Positions 8,770 through 19,015 of a stretch of DNA of 64,000 bases are shown here, piece by piece. Made by a program: the position numbers and the translations under genes. The notes below the pieces were generated by a model. The model searched no databases. It saw only the letters and a list, made by a program, of their open reading frames with translations, and was not told the origin of the DNA. The DNA lies in contig JAFVUD010000005.1 in the NCBI GenBank assembly GCA_017502865.1, positions 144,007-208,006 of the forward strand, read 5' to 3'. This stretch comes from Alphaproteobacteria bacterium. Lineage in GTDB: Bacteria > Pseudomonadota > Alphaproteobacteria > Rs-D84. The stretch's first letter is position 1. Each line of letters begins with the position of its first letter.

Positions 8770-9819
8770 ATGAAATCAGCATTCTTTATTGCACCCGCTT
8801 TGATATTCTCTGCTGTCCACGCATCCGATGCCACCGCATCCATGTATGCCAGCACCATATCATCGCACAACATTATGCAAATTCAACACAGTGCACTGTC
8901 AAACGCATTTAATGCATTTGAATCAAACCGCACAACCCCTGCCCCTGCAAAAAAACAGGCAAAACCATCACCTGATCGTTATGGCACAATGTCAATGTAC
9001 GGCGAATACGGCGACGACGGTTCTGTATTCCAGGGCCGCAACGGTGGCGAATCCCCTGCACTGCGTGGCACATGGGCAAATTGGCAGCATACCAGCGACG
9101 ACGTACACTTTAATGACTACGCTGTTGTAGATACGGACACAGACATCATCACATTAGGTCTGGCCGGCGGCAAAAAACGCACTTCACACGGCACAACCGA
9201 ATGGGGCCTGTTCGGCGGCTACTTTAACGGCGACCAGACAACATCCGACACCACCATTGACCAACAGGGTGGCTTTGCCGGTGTTTACAGTGGTTATGCC
9301 CAAAACAACTTCCGTGTTGTCGCTGGCATCTCGGGCGGTGTAATGGATAATGGCGTAGAATTCGCATCTGGCGAAGATTCATTTGTTAATATGTGGGTCG
9401 GCGCCGGCGTTCGTTCAACATACGACATTCCATTGGACTCTACATTTACACTGCGTCCTGGTCTGCAGATTGAATACACTTGGATAAATTCACCAAGTTA
9501 CACTTCTGAATCCGGCATGGATATCGAACCAGACAACTTCAGTGCATTTAACATTGTGCCATCATTCCGTGCAATCAAACACATTGCAAACGGCTGGTAC
9601 GGCAGTGCAAATGTTAAATACGTTGCCACAATCACCCAAGAAGATGCACTGTTCGTAGATTCCGTCGCATTCCCTGCGCTGGAAATCGACAACTATACCG
9701 AATACGGCATCACATTGGAAAAATCGATTGCTGGATTTGACTTTGCCGCCACATTGGCACGCCGCGACGGTGGCCGCTCGGGCTGGCTGGGCCAATTTAA
9801 CATCAAATACGCATTCTAA
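8770..9819 (+). CDS. outer-membrane beta-barrel protein, autotransporter-barrel-like
   Basis: Signal peptide MKSAFFIAPALIFSAVHA, alternating beta-strand pattern, and C-terminal ...NIKYAF ending in an aromatic residue. An RBS-like purine run precedes the ATG. Confidence 0.6.
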   Translation: MKSAFFIAPALIFSAVHASDATASMYASTISSHNIMQIQHSALSNAFNAFESNRTTPAPAKKQAKPSPDRYGTMSMYGEYGDDGSVFQGRNGGESPALRGTWANWQHTSDDVHFNDYAVVDTDTDIITLGLAGGKKRTSHGTTEWGLFGGYFNGDQTTSDTTIDQQGGFAGVYSGYAQNNFRVVAGISGGVMDNGVEFASGEDSFVNMWVGAGVRSTYDIPLDSTFTLRPGLQIEYTWINSPSYTSESGMDIEPDNFSAFNIVPSFRAIKHIANGWYGSANVKYVATITQEDALFVDSVAFPALEIDNYTEYGITLEKSIAGFDFAATLARRDGGRSGWLGQFNIKYAF

Positions 9820-9833
9820 TTCGAATGCACAAA

Positions 9834-9866
9834 CAAAAAAAAATCCCGCACTTGCGGGATTTTTTA
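9834..9866. terminator. bidirectional terminator between the OMP gene and prfA
   Basis: A-run, ATCCCGC-ACTT-GCGGGAT, T-run. Confidence 0.8.
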
Positions 9867-9880
9867 TTTGAACACAAACC

Positions 9881-10945
9881 CTACTCCATATTTGCCAGTT
9901 GTTCCAACTGATCCGCCGCAATCAGCGCATCTATCATTTCATCCAAACCGGCACCGCCCGCCAAGATATCATCTAACTTGTACAAGGTCAGTTTAATACG
10001 ATGATCCGTCACACGCTGTTCTGGGAAATTATATGTACGAATCTTTTCGCTGCGATCACCCGAACCAACCATAGTCTTGCGTGACGCATTACTGGCCGAT
10101 TCCTGTTCCATACGCTGTTTTTCATACAATTTAGAACGCAACACAGACATCGCCGAAATCTTGTTCTGCAACTGACTGCGTTCATTTTGACACGTCACAA
10201 CAATCCCTGTTGGAAAGTGGGTAATACGAATTGCACTGTCAGTTTTGTTAACGTGCTGACCACCTGCCCCAGATGCACGAAAAATATCGATACGAATATC
10301 TTTATCTTCGATAACAACGTCAATTTCTTTGGCCTCGGGCATAACTGCAACCGATGCCGCACTGGTATGAATACGACCACCCGCTTCGGTTTCCGGCACA
10401 CGCTGAACACGATGAATACCTGATTCAAACTTCATACGTCCATACGCACCCGCCCCATCGATTTTGAACACAATTTCTTTATACCCACGCAGCGATGTTG
10501 CATTTTCTTCGATAACCTCTACCTTCCAGCCCTGACGCAACGCATAGGATTTATATTGATTGTACAAATCACCTGCAAACAACGCAGATTCTTCACCACC
10601 AACACCGGCACGAATTTCCATAATCACACTGTTATCATCCGCATCATCACGTGGCAACAATGGAATTTGCAGATTTTTTTCAATATCTGGCAGTTTGTGA
10701 TTTAATTCATGCAACTGATCATTTGCAATTTCACGCAATTCTGCATCACCCATCATTTCTTCGGCATCTTTGATACCAGCGACCGTCTGGAAATATTCGC
10801 TAATCAGCGGCAATATTTCATTCAATCGTGAATATTCTTTGGACAACTTGGTCAATTCATCGCCCGACACCGAACCCGAATTCATCTGGGCTTCTATATC
10901 CGCAGCACGTGCCTGAATATCTTTTAATTTCTGTTCAATAATCAT
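9881..10945 (-). CDS. prfA: peptide chain release factor 1
   Basis: 354 aa containing the PET-like tripeptide region and the GGQ motif (SGAGGQHVNKTDSAIRITH). Confidence 0.95.
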   Translation of the reverse strand: MIIEQKLKDIQARAADIEAQMNSGSVSGDELTKLSKEYSRLNEILPLISEYFQTVAGIKDAEEMMGDAELREIANDQLHELNHKLPDIEKNLQIPLLPRDDADDNSVIMEIRAGVGGEESALFAGDLYNQYKSYALRQGWKVEVIEENATSLRGYKEIVFKIDGAGAYGRMKFESGIHRVQRVPETEAGGRIHTSAASVAVMPEAKEIDVVIEDKDIRIDIFRASGAGGQHVNKTDSAIRITHFPTGIVVTCQNERSQLQNKISAMSVLRSKLYEKQRMEQESASNASRKTMVGSGDRSEKIRTYNFPEQRVTDHRIKLTLYKLDDILAGGAGLDEMIDALIAADQLEQLANME

Positions 10946-10950
10946 TTTTA

Positions 10951-12252
10951 TTACATACCTTTTAACATTTCTATCGCATCTGCGATGACCATTTCCTGTT
11001 GCTGACCAGATTCCATATTTTTAATCGCAACAACTTGATTTAATTTCTCGGTTTCGCCAATTATCATACTGAATCTAGAATTTATTTTATCCGCATATTC
11101 AATTTGATTTTTGAACTTTTTATCTGCATCCAAATACGCCACAGACGCAATATTTGCATCACGCAACGCATTCAAAACAGAAACCGCATAGTCCATATTT
11201 TCATTTCCCATACACAGTACCGCAACATCGACCGGTGACTCAAATTGCGACAAATCAATCGCCCCAGATTCCATCAGTGCAACAAAGATACGTGAAAAAC
11301 CGATTGCAGCCCCCACACCAATAATCTTGGTCTTGCTAAATTTCCCTGCTAAATCGGCATAACGACCACCACCGGCCGCTGTACCTAATTCCGGATGACT
11401 TAACAACTTAAATTCAAACACCAGACCGGTATAATACGCCAACCCACGTGTAATCGACAGATCTATTTCAGCATTTTTTACCCCGAACAATTCCAAAGTT
11501 TTCATAAACTCGTTCAACTCTGCAATTGCTGCATCTAACTTAACAGATTTGTTCACAAAATCAAAATAACCGTTTGTAAATACTGATTTAATTTGATTTT
11601 CTTTTTCTGTGTTATCCAGGGTATCTTTCAGCCCTTCGGCAAAATCTTCGTCGCCCATTTTGTCTTTTTTATCGATTAAAACGAACACGTCTTTCTTTTG
11701 CCCGTCATTCATTTCCAGATAATCAAACAACGCATCCCAGAACGGACGTGAACCGACACGAACTGCATTTTCACCAATAAATTCCGACACAGAATTCAAT
11801 GTACGTTGAATCACAGAAATAATTTCTGCATCATAATTTGTGGACAATGTATTTACACCCATAATATCCATGTCCATCTGATAAAATTCACGATAGCGAC
11901 CACGTTGTGCACGTTCCCCACGATAACGTTTAGAAAACTGACTGGCACGGAATGGGAACGTCAAATCGTTCAGATGCCCCGCAACATAACGTGACAACCC
12001 AACGGTCCCGTCATAACGCAGCCCCATTTTTGTATCACCCTTTTGAAACAAGAACATCTGAGTTTCGATTTCATCCCAGTTATCTTTATCTGTCAAAACT
12101 TCTGCCCGTTCAATGGCTGGCAAATCCAGTTGATTAAATCCCGCTGTTTTCAGCACATCCAACATACGTGCTGCACAAAAATCAAAGCAACGCTGCTGAA
12201 CCGGCAATAATTCTATAAAACCCGACAGTGGTTTTGTTGGTTTCAAATCCAT
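10951..12252 (-). CDS. hisS: histidine--tRNA ligase (class II, HisS-type)
   Basis: 433 aa with class II motif 2-like RGERAQRGRYREFYQ, GLAYYTGLVFE, GGGRYADL, and a C-terminal anticodon-binding-like domain. Confidence 0.75.
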   Translation of the reverse strand: MDLKPTKPLSGFIELLPVQQRCFDFCAARMLDVLKTAGFNQLDLPAIERAEVLTDKDNWDEIETQMFLFQKGDTKMGLRYDGTVGLSRYVAGHLNDLTFPFRASQFSKRYRGERAQRGRYREFYQMDMDIMGVNTLSTNYDAEIISVIQRTLNSVSEFIGENAVRVGSRPFWDALFDYLEMNDGQKKDVFVLIDKKDKMGDEDFAEGLKDTLDNTEKENQIKSVFTNGYFDFVNKSVKLDAAIAELNEFMKTLELFGVKNAEIDLSITRGLAYYTGLVFEFKLLSHPELGTAAGGGRYADLAGKFSKTKIIGVGAAIGFSRIFVALMESGAIDLSQFESPVDVAVLCMGNENMDYAVSVLNALRDANIASVAYLDADKKFKNQIEYADKINSRFSMIIGETEKLNQVVAIKNMESGQQQEMVIADAIEMLKGM

Positions 12253-12443
12253 TTTATTATTCCTATTGTTTATATTTTTAATGGAAAAACTTTTTGCACA
12301 TTATGTGCAGATTATATCATATAAAAAGACAATATGCTAATACCCACCCAACTGGGTGTGATGAAAAACAGCCAAGATAAAATCTTTTTTAATCATTACA
12401 CCTTAATTTTAGGGTATTTTTTTGTATTTTCAAGGCAAAAATA

Positions 12444-13145
12444 CTAAAAATAGCGATGCAATTGCCCACCATTCTGTACCAACCACCGCTTTGCACGTTC
12501 CACACCAAACCCATACAGTTCACGCACATACGCCCAAAATTCTGGCGAATGATTCATATGCCGTACATGTGCCAATTCATGCATAACCACATACCGCATA
12601 ACATCATACGGTGCAAACGCCAATCGCCACGAAAAAGACATTGTCCCCGAACTGGAACAACTGCCCCAGCGACTGGTCGTATCACGAATTGCGATACGTT
12701 TTGGCCACAATTCCGCCGGTGCCGTACGCACAACCGCCTTTAATTCACGCAAAAATTCACTTTTGATAAAATCCCGCACCCGCCGTTCAAACATAGACAC
12801 ATCGCCACCAATAATTAATTTTTCGCCATCATCGCTAAATTTATTTGACCGCAACGCACCATCATGCACCAACACAACCCGTCGCCCCAGAAATTCTATT
12901 TCGTCCCCCGGCACCAATTTTACCTTGGCTGGGGACTTTTCAAATATTTGATTCACCCAACGTGATTTTGATTCTAAAAAGCGTATCGCCGCCGCATTTG
13001 ACACCAACCACGGCTTAGACATACAAATTTCCCGCCGTGGCGACACACGTGGCCGCAGCGTAATATTACGCAAACCACGACGTGTTTGAATTATAACTGG
13101 AATTTCTTCACCACTGGCCAAAACAAAAACAAAATCGTCCGCCAT
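12444..13145 (-). CDS. M48/YgjP-like (DUF45) metal-dependent hydrolase
   Basis: 233 aa with the HELAHVRHMNHS zinc motif near the C-terminus. The start overlaps the tkt stop (TAATG). Confidence 0.75.
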   Translation of the reverse strand: MADDFVFVLASGEEIPVIIQTRRGLRNITLRPRVSPRREICMSKPWLVSNAAAIRFLESKSRWVNQIFEKSPAKVKLVPGDEIEFLGRRVVLVHDGALRSNKFSDDGEKLIIGGDVSMFERRVRDFIKSEFLRELKAVVRTAPAELWPKRIAIRDTTSRWGSCSSSGTMSFSWRLAFAPYDVMRYVVMHELAHVRHMNHSPEFWAYVRELYGFGVERAKRWLVQNGGQLHRYF

Positions 13146-14926
13146 TATTTAATATTCTTTTTCAGCGATTCCGCAATCTTATCCGCATCAAAGCCAAAAT
13201 GTGCATATACTTCTGCCCCTGGGCCCGACACACCAAATTCATCGATACCAACAACCGCATCTGCAAACTCAAACCATGGTGCCGATGCCCCTGCTTCGAT
13301 TACAACGACAAAGCCACGCAAAATTCCCTGCTTATACGCATCTGTTTGCCGCTTAAAATGCCCAACCGATGGCATAGACACAACCTGAATTCCATCGCCC
13401 AACTTTTTTGCAACATCAACCGCCAATGGAACCTCGGCCCCTGTTGCTATAATTGTTGCACGCACACGTCCAGAATTCGCCGGCACTATTACATAGCCAC
13501 CACGACGAACATCCGCCCCACGTGGTGTTTCAATTTGCTTAAACTTTTGCCGTGACAAAACAATCGACGACGGACTGTTGTTATCCTGTAACGCCATTTG
13601 CCATGCAACTGCAACTTCATCTGCATTACATGGACGAAAAACATTCATATTCGGCATTAAACGCAGTGATGCCAATTGTTCAATCGGCTGATGCGTTGGA
13701 CCATCTTCGCCAACTGCAACACTGTCATGCGTTAAAACAAAGATTGACGGTATTCCCGACAACGCCGCCAACCGCATCGCAGGCCGCATATAATCACTGA
13801 ACACCAAAAACGTAGAACCATACGTACGCAAACCGACCGATGAAATTCCATTCATAATCGCCGCCATCGCATGTTCACGCACGCCATAGTTTATATAGTT
13901 TCCATTCCATACCCCCGGCACCACATCAACCGAAGATTCAACACGGCCATTCGTACTGCCACCTAAATCTGCACTGCCCCCAATGATTGGGAAACCTGAT
14001 TTTATAATTTCATTTATATACAACCCCGACAGTTCACGTGTTGACACATCACCCGAAACCGCCGGCATTTTTGCACGTCGCACATCCATAGACGGATTTA
14101 TCATCAACATATCAAAATGATTTTTCGCCACATCCGCCCATAACGATTCGCCCGCCGGACTGATAAATTTATCAATCAATTCAGCCAATTCCGCATCAGA
14201 TAACGCCAAACCATGCGCTTTGTTCTGGCCTGCCAAACTGGAACCAAAACCAATCTGGGTTTTACACTGCACAAAGACCGGCTTTGGCTGATTATTCACC
14301 ACCGCCATTGCACGTGTGATTTGATCGCCTTTTTCGCCATCCACAGTGGTTATTTTCCACCCTGCCGCCATCATTCGTGCTGGAATATTTTCTTCACCCT
14401 GGGTGACACCATCAATCGTCATACCATTATCATCCCAGATTAAGACCAAATTATTTAATTTATACCGCCCTGCGAACGCAATTGCTTCCTGGGCGACGCC
14501 CTCCATCAAATCGCCATCGGAACACAGACAGTACACACACCCGTCTGAATTACGCATTTTTTCTGCCAATGCGATACCAACCGCATTTGCAACCCCCTGG
14601 CCCAGCGGCCCGGTCGTAGCATCAACACCATCAATTCCAAATTCAGGATGCCCAGGCAATCCGCCCATTTTACGGAAAGTCCCCAATCCGTCAATATCAT
14701 ACCCTGCCAAATTCAGCACAGAATATAACAACGCACTGCCATGCCCCGCCGACATAACAAATTTATCGCGTCCAACACGCAGTGCATTTGCAAAAACCGC
14801 TGTAATCGCCGTGGCTGCACCCAATACAATCCCCACATGCCCACTGCGTGCCATACGCAATGCGTGCAGTGCACCCGCCCGCACCGCATTTGCCATTTCT
14901 TTTAAATCTTTGGAATTATAGCTCAT
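13145..14926 (-). CDS. tkt: transketolase
   Basis: Motifs SGHVGIVLG, MSAGHGSALLY, CLCSDGDLMEG and HDSVAVGEDGPTHQP. I chose the ATG at 14926 (MSYNSKDLKE...) because the longer ORF to 15130 adds a Cys/Arg-rich non-homologous extension overlapping rnhA. Confidence 0.9.
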   Translation of the reverse strand: MSYNSKDLKEMANAVRAGALHALRMARSGHVGIVLGAATAITAVFANALRVGRDKFVMSAGHGSALLYSVLNLAGYDIDGLGTFRKMGGLPGHPEFGIDGVDATTGPLGQGVANAVGIALAEKMRNSDGCVYCLCSDGDLMEGVAQEAIAFAGRYKLNNLVLIWDDNGMTIDGVTQGEENIPARMMAAGWKITTVDGEKGDQITRAMAVVNNQPKPVFVQCKTQIGFGSSLAGQNKAHGLALSDAELAELIDKFISPAGESLWADVAKNHFDMLMINPSMDVRRAKMPAVSGDVSTRELSGLYINEIIKSGFPIIGGSADLGGSTNGRVESSVDVVPGVWNGNYINYGVREHAMAAIMNGISSVGLRTYGSTFLVFSDYMRPAMRLAALSGIPSIFVLTHDSVAVGEDGPTHQPIEQLASLRLMPNMNVFRPCNADEVAVAWQMALQDNNSPSSIVLSRQKFKQIETPRGADVRRGGYVIVPANSGRVRATIIATGAEVPLAVDVAKKLGDGIQVVSMPSVGHFKRQTDAYKQGILRGFVVVIEAGASAPWFEFADAVVGIDEFGVSGPGAEVYAHFGFDADKIAESLKKNIK

Positions 14927-14961
14927 GTGTGATATTATATCATAAAAAGGACACATATAAA

Positions 14962-15393
14962 ATGTTAAAAATTTACACAGATGGCAGTTGTTTGGGCAAC
15001 CCTGGCCCCGGCGGTTGGGGCTTTGTCGCCACAGACGGAAAACATACCGCCGAACGCAGTGGCGGCGAATTAAACACAACCAACAACCGCATGGAATTAA
15101 TGGCGGTAATTCGTGCCCTGACTGCGGCAAAAAATCATGACGAATTAGAAATCCACACCGACAGCCAATATGTTAAAAACGGCATGACCACATGGGTCGC
15201 CGGGTGGAAGAAAAACAATTGGCGTACATCCACAAAAAAGCCAGTAAAAAATCAAGACCTGTGGATGCAGTTGGACGAATTGGCATCAACCAAGAAAATT
15301 CATTGGTTTTGGGTACGTGGCCACAATGGCGACGAAATGAACGAACGTGTTGACACATTGGCCCGCACCTTTGCCGAAGGGTTAAAGAAATAA
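14962..15393 (+). CDS. rnhA: ribonuclease HI
   Basis: MLKIYTDGSCLGNPGPGGWG...TNNRMELMA...HTDSQYV...WVRGHNGDEMNERVD. Start taken at the internal ATG at 14962. Confidence 0.9.
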   Translation: MLKIYTDGSCLGNPGPGGWGFVATDGKHTAERSGGELNTTNNRMELMAVIRALTAAKNHDELEIHTDSQYVKNGMTTWVAGWKKNNWRTSTKKPVKNQDLWMQLDELASTKKIHWFWVRGHNGDEMNERVDTLARTFAEGLKK

Positions 15394-15410
15394 CTACCAC
15401 CCACACAAAT

Positions 15411-15438
15411 AAAAAACGCCCCATTCGGGGCATTTTTT
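15411..15438. terminator. bidirectional terminator between rnhA and 15437-16774
   Basis: AAAAAACGCCCC-ATTC-GGGGCATTTTTT. Confidence 0.8.
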
Positions 15439-16774
15439 ATCGCCAAACTTCCGGCATTGTCGAATAATCATCTAAATTGGAACAATTCTGGTACATATTC
15501 TGCACCTGGGCACTGGTTGCATCTGGCCAAATCTCGTACAGATATTGCCCATTTATCTTGGCCGAATCCCCCGTCAAACCTGTACAACCTGTAAACATAT
15601 AAGAAAACGAAGCACTTGCCAAATCACCCGAAATATCACCAAACAAATCATCCGGAATCGATGTCAATTTTGTACACTTTTCAAATGTATAGTTAAACAT
15701 CTTGCCCGCCGGCGCCCCATTAATATTTTTAAACAATCCTGCTGGTATTTCTTCCAGACTGGTACAGTTACTGAATGTATTATTAAACATTTCATACACA
15801 GGATACCCATAAAACGCATCAAACAATCCCTCTGGCAAACGTTTTAAGCCTGTACAACGATTAAACGTACTGGAAAACATTGTATCGGCCGGCTGGCCAC
15901 GCAACCCCGCAAACAAACCCGATGGCAATTCGGTCAGCCCATAACAGTACTGAAATGTACGGCGAAACATTTTTGTTGTCGAATTGCCATAAATCCCCGA
16001 AAACACACCATCTGGTATAGACTTTATGTCTGGATTATGTGCAAAAGTCTGATAGAAACGCGGTTGAGTCCCATCTGACAAAGTACTAAACACACACCCC
16101 AAACATCCTTCAAAAGACGAAATTTTCGGTGTTAGTGTAGCACCACCAAAAAATGACTCTCTAAGCGTTCCTGCAAACGACACCGCCGCGGTTTCATCAT
16201 TTGTACTATACGCAGTCGCATCACCCGAAACACCAATTTTATAATTGCTGGCCGCATCACTGTATGTATGCGAATACGCAGTATCATTTGTATCTGTTTT
16301 ATTTATTACCTGCAAATCACTGCCATCACCCCAATCTATTACATAATCCCCCGCCGCACTGATATTAAATGAAAAACTTGTACTGGTCCCCGCCGGCGTA
16401 ATCCAGAATTCCGGCACATGCGTAACCGTTCCATCATCGCCGCCCTCTTCTTCATCTACGACCGTCTTTTTAATCAGCCTGTTTACTGCATCTATCGCAG
16501 CAATCGTATCAACCGCATCCAACGTTGCAAATTCACTGTTTGCATAATCCGTTGTTGCAATACCATTTAATTTTTTATTCGCAATATCAACCGCCGTCAG
16601 CAAATATTTCATATTTACCGCCGCACTGGGACTGTCCAGATGGGTATTATATTTAACGTCAACCTGATGTTCACGACTGATTAAATTATGTAAATATTGC
16701 ACATTTATCAAATCGCCTGCATAAACAGACGCATTACCAAACAACGCCAATAAAAATATCATCAAATATTTCAT
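15437..16774 (-). CDS. secreted repeat protein, single-unit member of the PKD-like + 30-aa LFAG/MF/TF/C repeat family (BspA/LRR-like logic)
   Basis: Signal peptide, then NVQYLHNLI...AVNMKYLLTAVDIAN head, IDWGDG...YSHTY domain, repeats LFAGLRGQPADTMFSSTFNRCTGLKRLPEG, and C-terminus GQYLYEIWPDA...MPEVWR. Confidence 0.8.
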   Translation of the reverse strand: MKYLMIFLLALFGNASVYAGDLINVQYLHNLISREHQVDVKYNTHLDSPSAAVNMKYLLTAVDIANKKLNGIATTDYANSEFATLDAVDTIAAIDAVNRLIKKTVVDEEEGGDDGTVTHVPEFWITPAGTSTSFSFNISAAGDYVIDWGDGSDLQVINKTDTNDTAYSHTYSDAASNYKIGVSGDATAYSTNDETAAVSFAGTLRESFFGGATLTPKISSFEGCLGCVFSTLSDGTQPRFYQTFAHNPDIKSIPDGVFSGIYGNSTTKMFRRTFQYCYGLTELPSGLFAGLRGQPADTMFSSTFNRCTGLKRLPEGLFDAFYGYPVYEMFNNTFSNCTSLEEIPAGLFKNINGAPAGKMFNYTFEKCTKLTSIPDDLFGDISGDLASASFSYMFTGCTGLTGDSAKINGQYLYEIWPDATSAQVQNMYQNCSNLDDYSTMPEVWR

Positions 16775-16783
16775 AAAAATCCA

Positions 16784-17995
16784 TTATTCGGTTGGCAACG
16801 CTGGGGTTGGTACCTTGAACGAACCTGTAACAGTGTAATTACCACCCATCTCATTCGTTCCCGTCTTGCTAACATAGCCCGACATATCCGTAGATTCTGG
16901 GAATTCTGGGATATCCGCCGCCGTAATAAATCCCGAATCGTTGGTCAGTTGCGATGTCTTGGTCGGCACAGCCGGCAATTCACTGGACTTTACATAGCCT
17001 GCATCATTTGTAAATGCTGAAACCGCCGTTGGAACGGTTGGAATTTCAGACTTTAACGCATAATTACCCGCCGCCTGTTTACCTGCAATTTGTGTCGCAT
17101 ATCCATCATATGTTGAAACCTTGGCCGCTGTGATTCCCGAATTTACCGCATTTTGCTGGGCTGCAGTCAATGCATCCTGTTTACCCGACAACGCACTGTT
17201 CATTGCACTGGTTGTTGCATAACCAGACAAAGCCGAATTCGTGATATACCCCGAATCGTTGGTCAGTTCTGAAACCTTGGTCGGAACTGTTGGAATATCT
17301 GTTGTTTTGGCATAGCCTGACAATGCAGAACTGGTAATAAAACCACTGTCATTGGTCAATTGTGACGTTTTTGTTGGCAAATCCGTCTTTAACGCATATG
17401 CCGTCAATGCCCCTGAATCCACCTTACCCGCCAGTGCCGTATTCATTGCACTGGTCGTTGCATAACCACTTAATGCAGCATCGGTAATAAACCCAGAATC
17501 GTTTGTTAACTGTGATGTTTTTGTTGGCAAATCCGCCATTTTTGCATAACCATTTAACGCCGCACTGGTGATATAACCCGAATCGTTTGTTAAACTGGAT
17601 GTCTTGGTTGGCAATTTGTCCGCCGTCACAAATCCCGAATCGTTTGTCAAATCTGAAACCTTGGTCGGCACAGACGGAATATCAATCAATTTTGCATAAT
17701 CATTCAATGCGGCACTGGTAATAAAACCGCTGTCATTGGTCAATTTCGATGTTTTTGTTGGCAAATCCGCCTTTAATGCATAATCACCAACCGCCTGTTT
17801 ACCGGCCAATCCCGTGTTTAATTCATCCTTGGTCGCCAATGAACTGACCTGATTTTGCACGTGCGTATCTACATATTCTTTACTGGTAATCGCAGCAAAG
17901 CCAGGCGTATTAAACACCACCACACATGCGAAAATCCATAAAATCGCCCGCTTAAACGCCACTCTACTCTCCAAACAGCCTACTTTGCTTACCAC
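16784..17995 (-). CDS. secreted fibrous protein with 8 PTKTSxLTNDSGFIT repeats
   Basis: 403 aa. Eight copies of P-T-K-[TV]-S-x-L-T-N-D-S-G-[FY]-[IV]-T alternate with LSGYA[KT] segments. N-terminus has ITSKEYVDTHV and C-terminus has MGGNYTVTGSFKVPTPALPTE. Lies 9 nt upstream of 15437-16774. Confidence 0.75.
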   Translation of the reverse strand: MVSKVGCLESRVAFKRAILWIFACVVVFNTPGFAAITSKEYVDTHVQNQVSSLATKDELNTGLAGKQAVGDYALKADLPTKTSKLTNDSGFITSAALNDYAKLIDIPSVPTKVSDLTNDSGFVTADKLPTKTSSLTNDSGYITSAALNGYAKMADLPTKTSQLTNDSGFITDAALSGYATTSAMNTALAGKVDSGALTAYALKTDLPTKTSQLTNDSGFITSSALSGYAKTTDIPTVPTKVSELTNDSGYITNSALSGYATTSAMNSALSGKQDALTAAQQNAVNSGITAAKVSTYDGYATQIAGKQAAGNYALKSEIPTVPTAVSAFTNDAGYVKSSELPAVPTKTSQLTNDSGFITAADIPEFPESTDMSGYVSKTGTNEMGGNYTVTGSFKVPTPALPTE

Positions 17996-18070
17996 TCATT
18001 ATATCATAAAATCAGTCCACAAACAAGCCACCATTAAGAAAATCGGCCGACATTTTATATCGACCGATTT

Positions 18071-18730
18071 TTATCCCCTAAATCCCATCGCAACAATGAA
18101 CATTTCCACACTGTCTTTGCGTGATGCCGGCGGTTTTATATGATGCACAGATTCAAATTTTTCTTTAATCTGCTTTAACAATTCGTTTGTTGTGCCACCT
18201 GTGAACGATTTGCACACAAACGTTCCACCTGGTTTTAACGCACGCAGTGCAAAATCAAACGCATATTCCAGCAAAACCATCTGGCGAATATGATCTGTTT
18301 TTTTATGTCCAACCGTATTTGGTGCCATATCCGACACTATCACATCGGCTGTACCCGCCCCCATTTCATCTGGTTGCAGTCCCAACTTTCCTTCCAGCCA
18401 GCGCAAAGCCTCGTCCGTGGTAAAATCCCCTTGGTATGTTTCCACACCAACAATCGGTGATATTTCCAGCAAATCCATTGCAAAAATACGTGATTTTGGA
18501 TACGTACGTGCAATATACTGCGACCACGATCCTGGTGCCGCCCCTAAATCAACAACGACCTGGCCATTACGCAGGAAATGAAATTTTTCATCCATTTCAA
18601 TCAGTTTATATGCCGCACGGGCCCGATATCCATCTTTGTGGGCACGTGCAACATATGGATCCGCCGCCTGGCGTTGCAGCCATGCGACAGATGATTTTTT
18701 ACTGGCAATCTTTTTATTGGTTATTTTCAT
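18071..18730 (-). CDS. rlmE: 23S rRNA (uridine2552-2'-O)-methyltransferase RlmE/FtsJ
   Basis: SSVAWLQRQAADPYVARAHKDGYRARAAYKL...VVDLGAAPGSWSQY...VIVSDMAPN. Start taken at the ATG at 18730 (MKITNKK). Confidence 0.9.
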   Translation of the reverse strand: MKITNKKIASKKSSVAWLQRQAADPYVARAHKDGYRARAAYKLIEMDEKFHFLRNGQVVVDLGAAPGSWSQYIARTYPKSRIFAMDLLEISPIVGVETYQGDFTTDEALRWLEGKLGLQPDEMGAGTADVIVSDMAPNTVGHKKTDHIRQMVLLEYAFDFALRALKPGGTFVCKSFTGGTTNELLKQIKEKFESVHHIKPPASRKDSVEMFIVAMGFRG

Positions 18731-18732
18731 TT

Positions 18733-19014
18733 TTAGTCTTTTTGACGTGACATTTCCGCTGCCATACGTGCCTTTTGACGGTTCATACGACGAACGGCGT
18801 CTGCATAGCACAATTTCGCCGCTTCTTCTGGGCTGCGGAAAGTTGTGTACAATCTTTCATCTTCGGCATCGAAATAATATTTGTCTGTACCGTGATACTT
18901 ATACCGCACCAGAACTGTATAACCTGCTGTCTGGCCATTGCTCTTAAAACTCTGTGCTGGGCCACCAACAGAATCAATTGTCCAATCAAACAAATGTTTC
19001 CAATCTAATTTCAT
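18733..19014 (-). CDS. hypothetical protein, tandem paralog A (GYTVxVRYKYHGT motif)
   Basis: 93-aa ORF packed between neighbouring genes (2-nt gaps). Shares the FDWT...GYTV[LR]VRYKYHGT core with the next ORF. Confidence 0.55.
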   Translation of the reverse strand: MKLDWKHLFDWTIDSVGGPAQSFKSNGQTAGYTVLVRYKYHGTDKYYFDAEDERLYTTFRSPEEAAKLCYADAVRRMNRQKARMAAEMSRQKD

Positions 19015-19015
19015 T

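Noticed and set aside
14927-15130. Longer transketolase ORF starting at 15130
   Set aside because: The extra 68 residues (MPQSGHELPPLIPCGCWLCLIRRHC...) have no Tkt similarity and an aberrant composition. They would also overlap the rnhA start region. The ATG at 14926 gives a canonical N-terminus.
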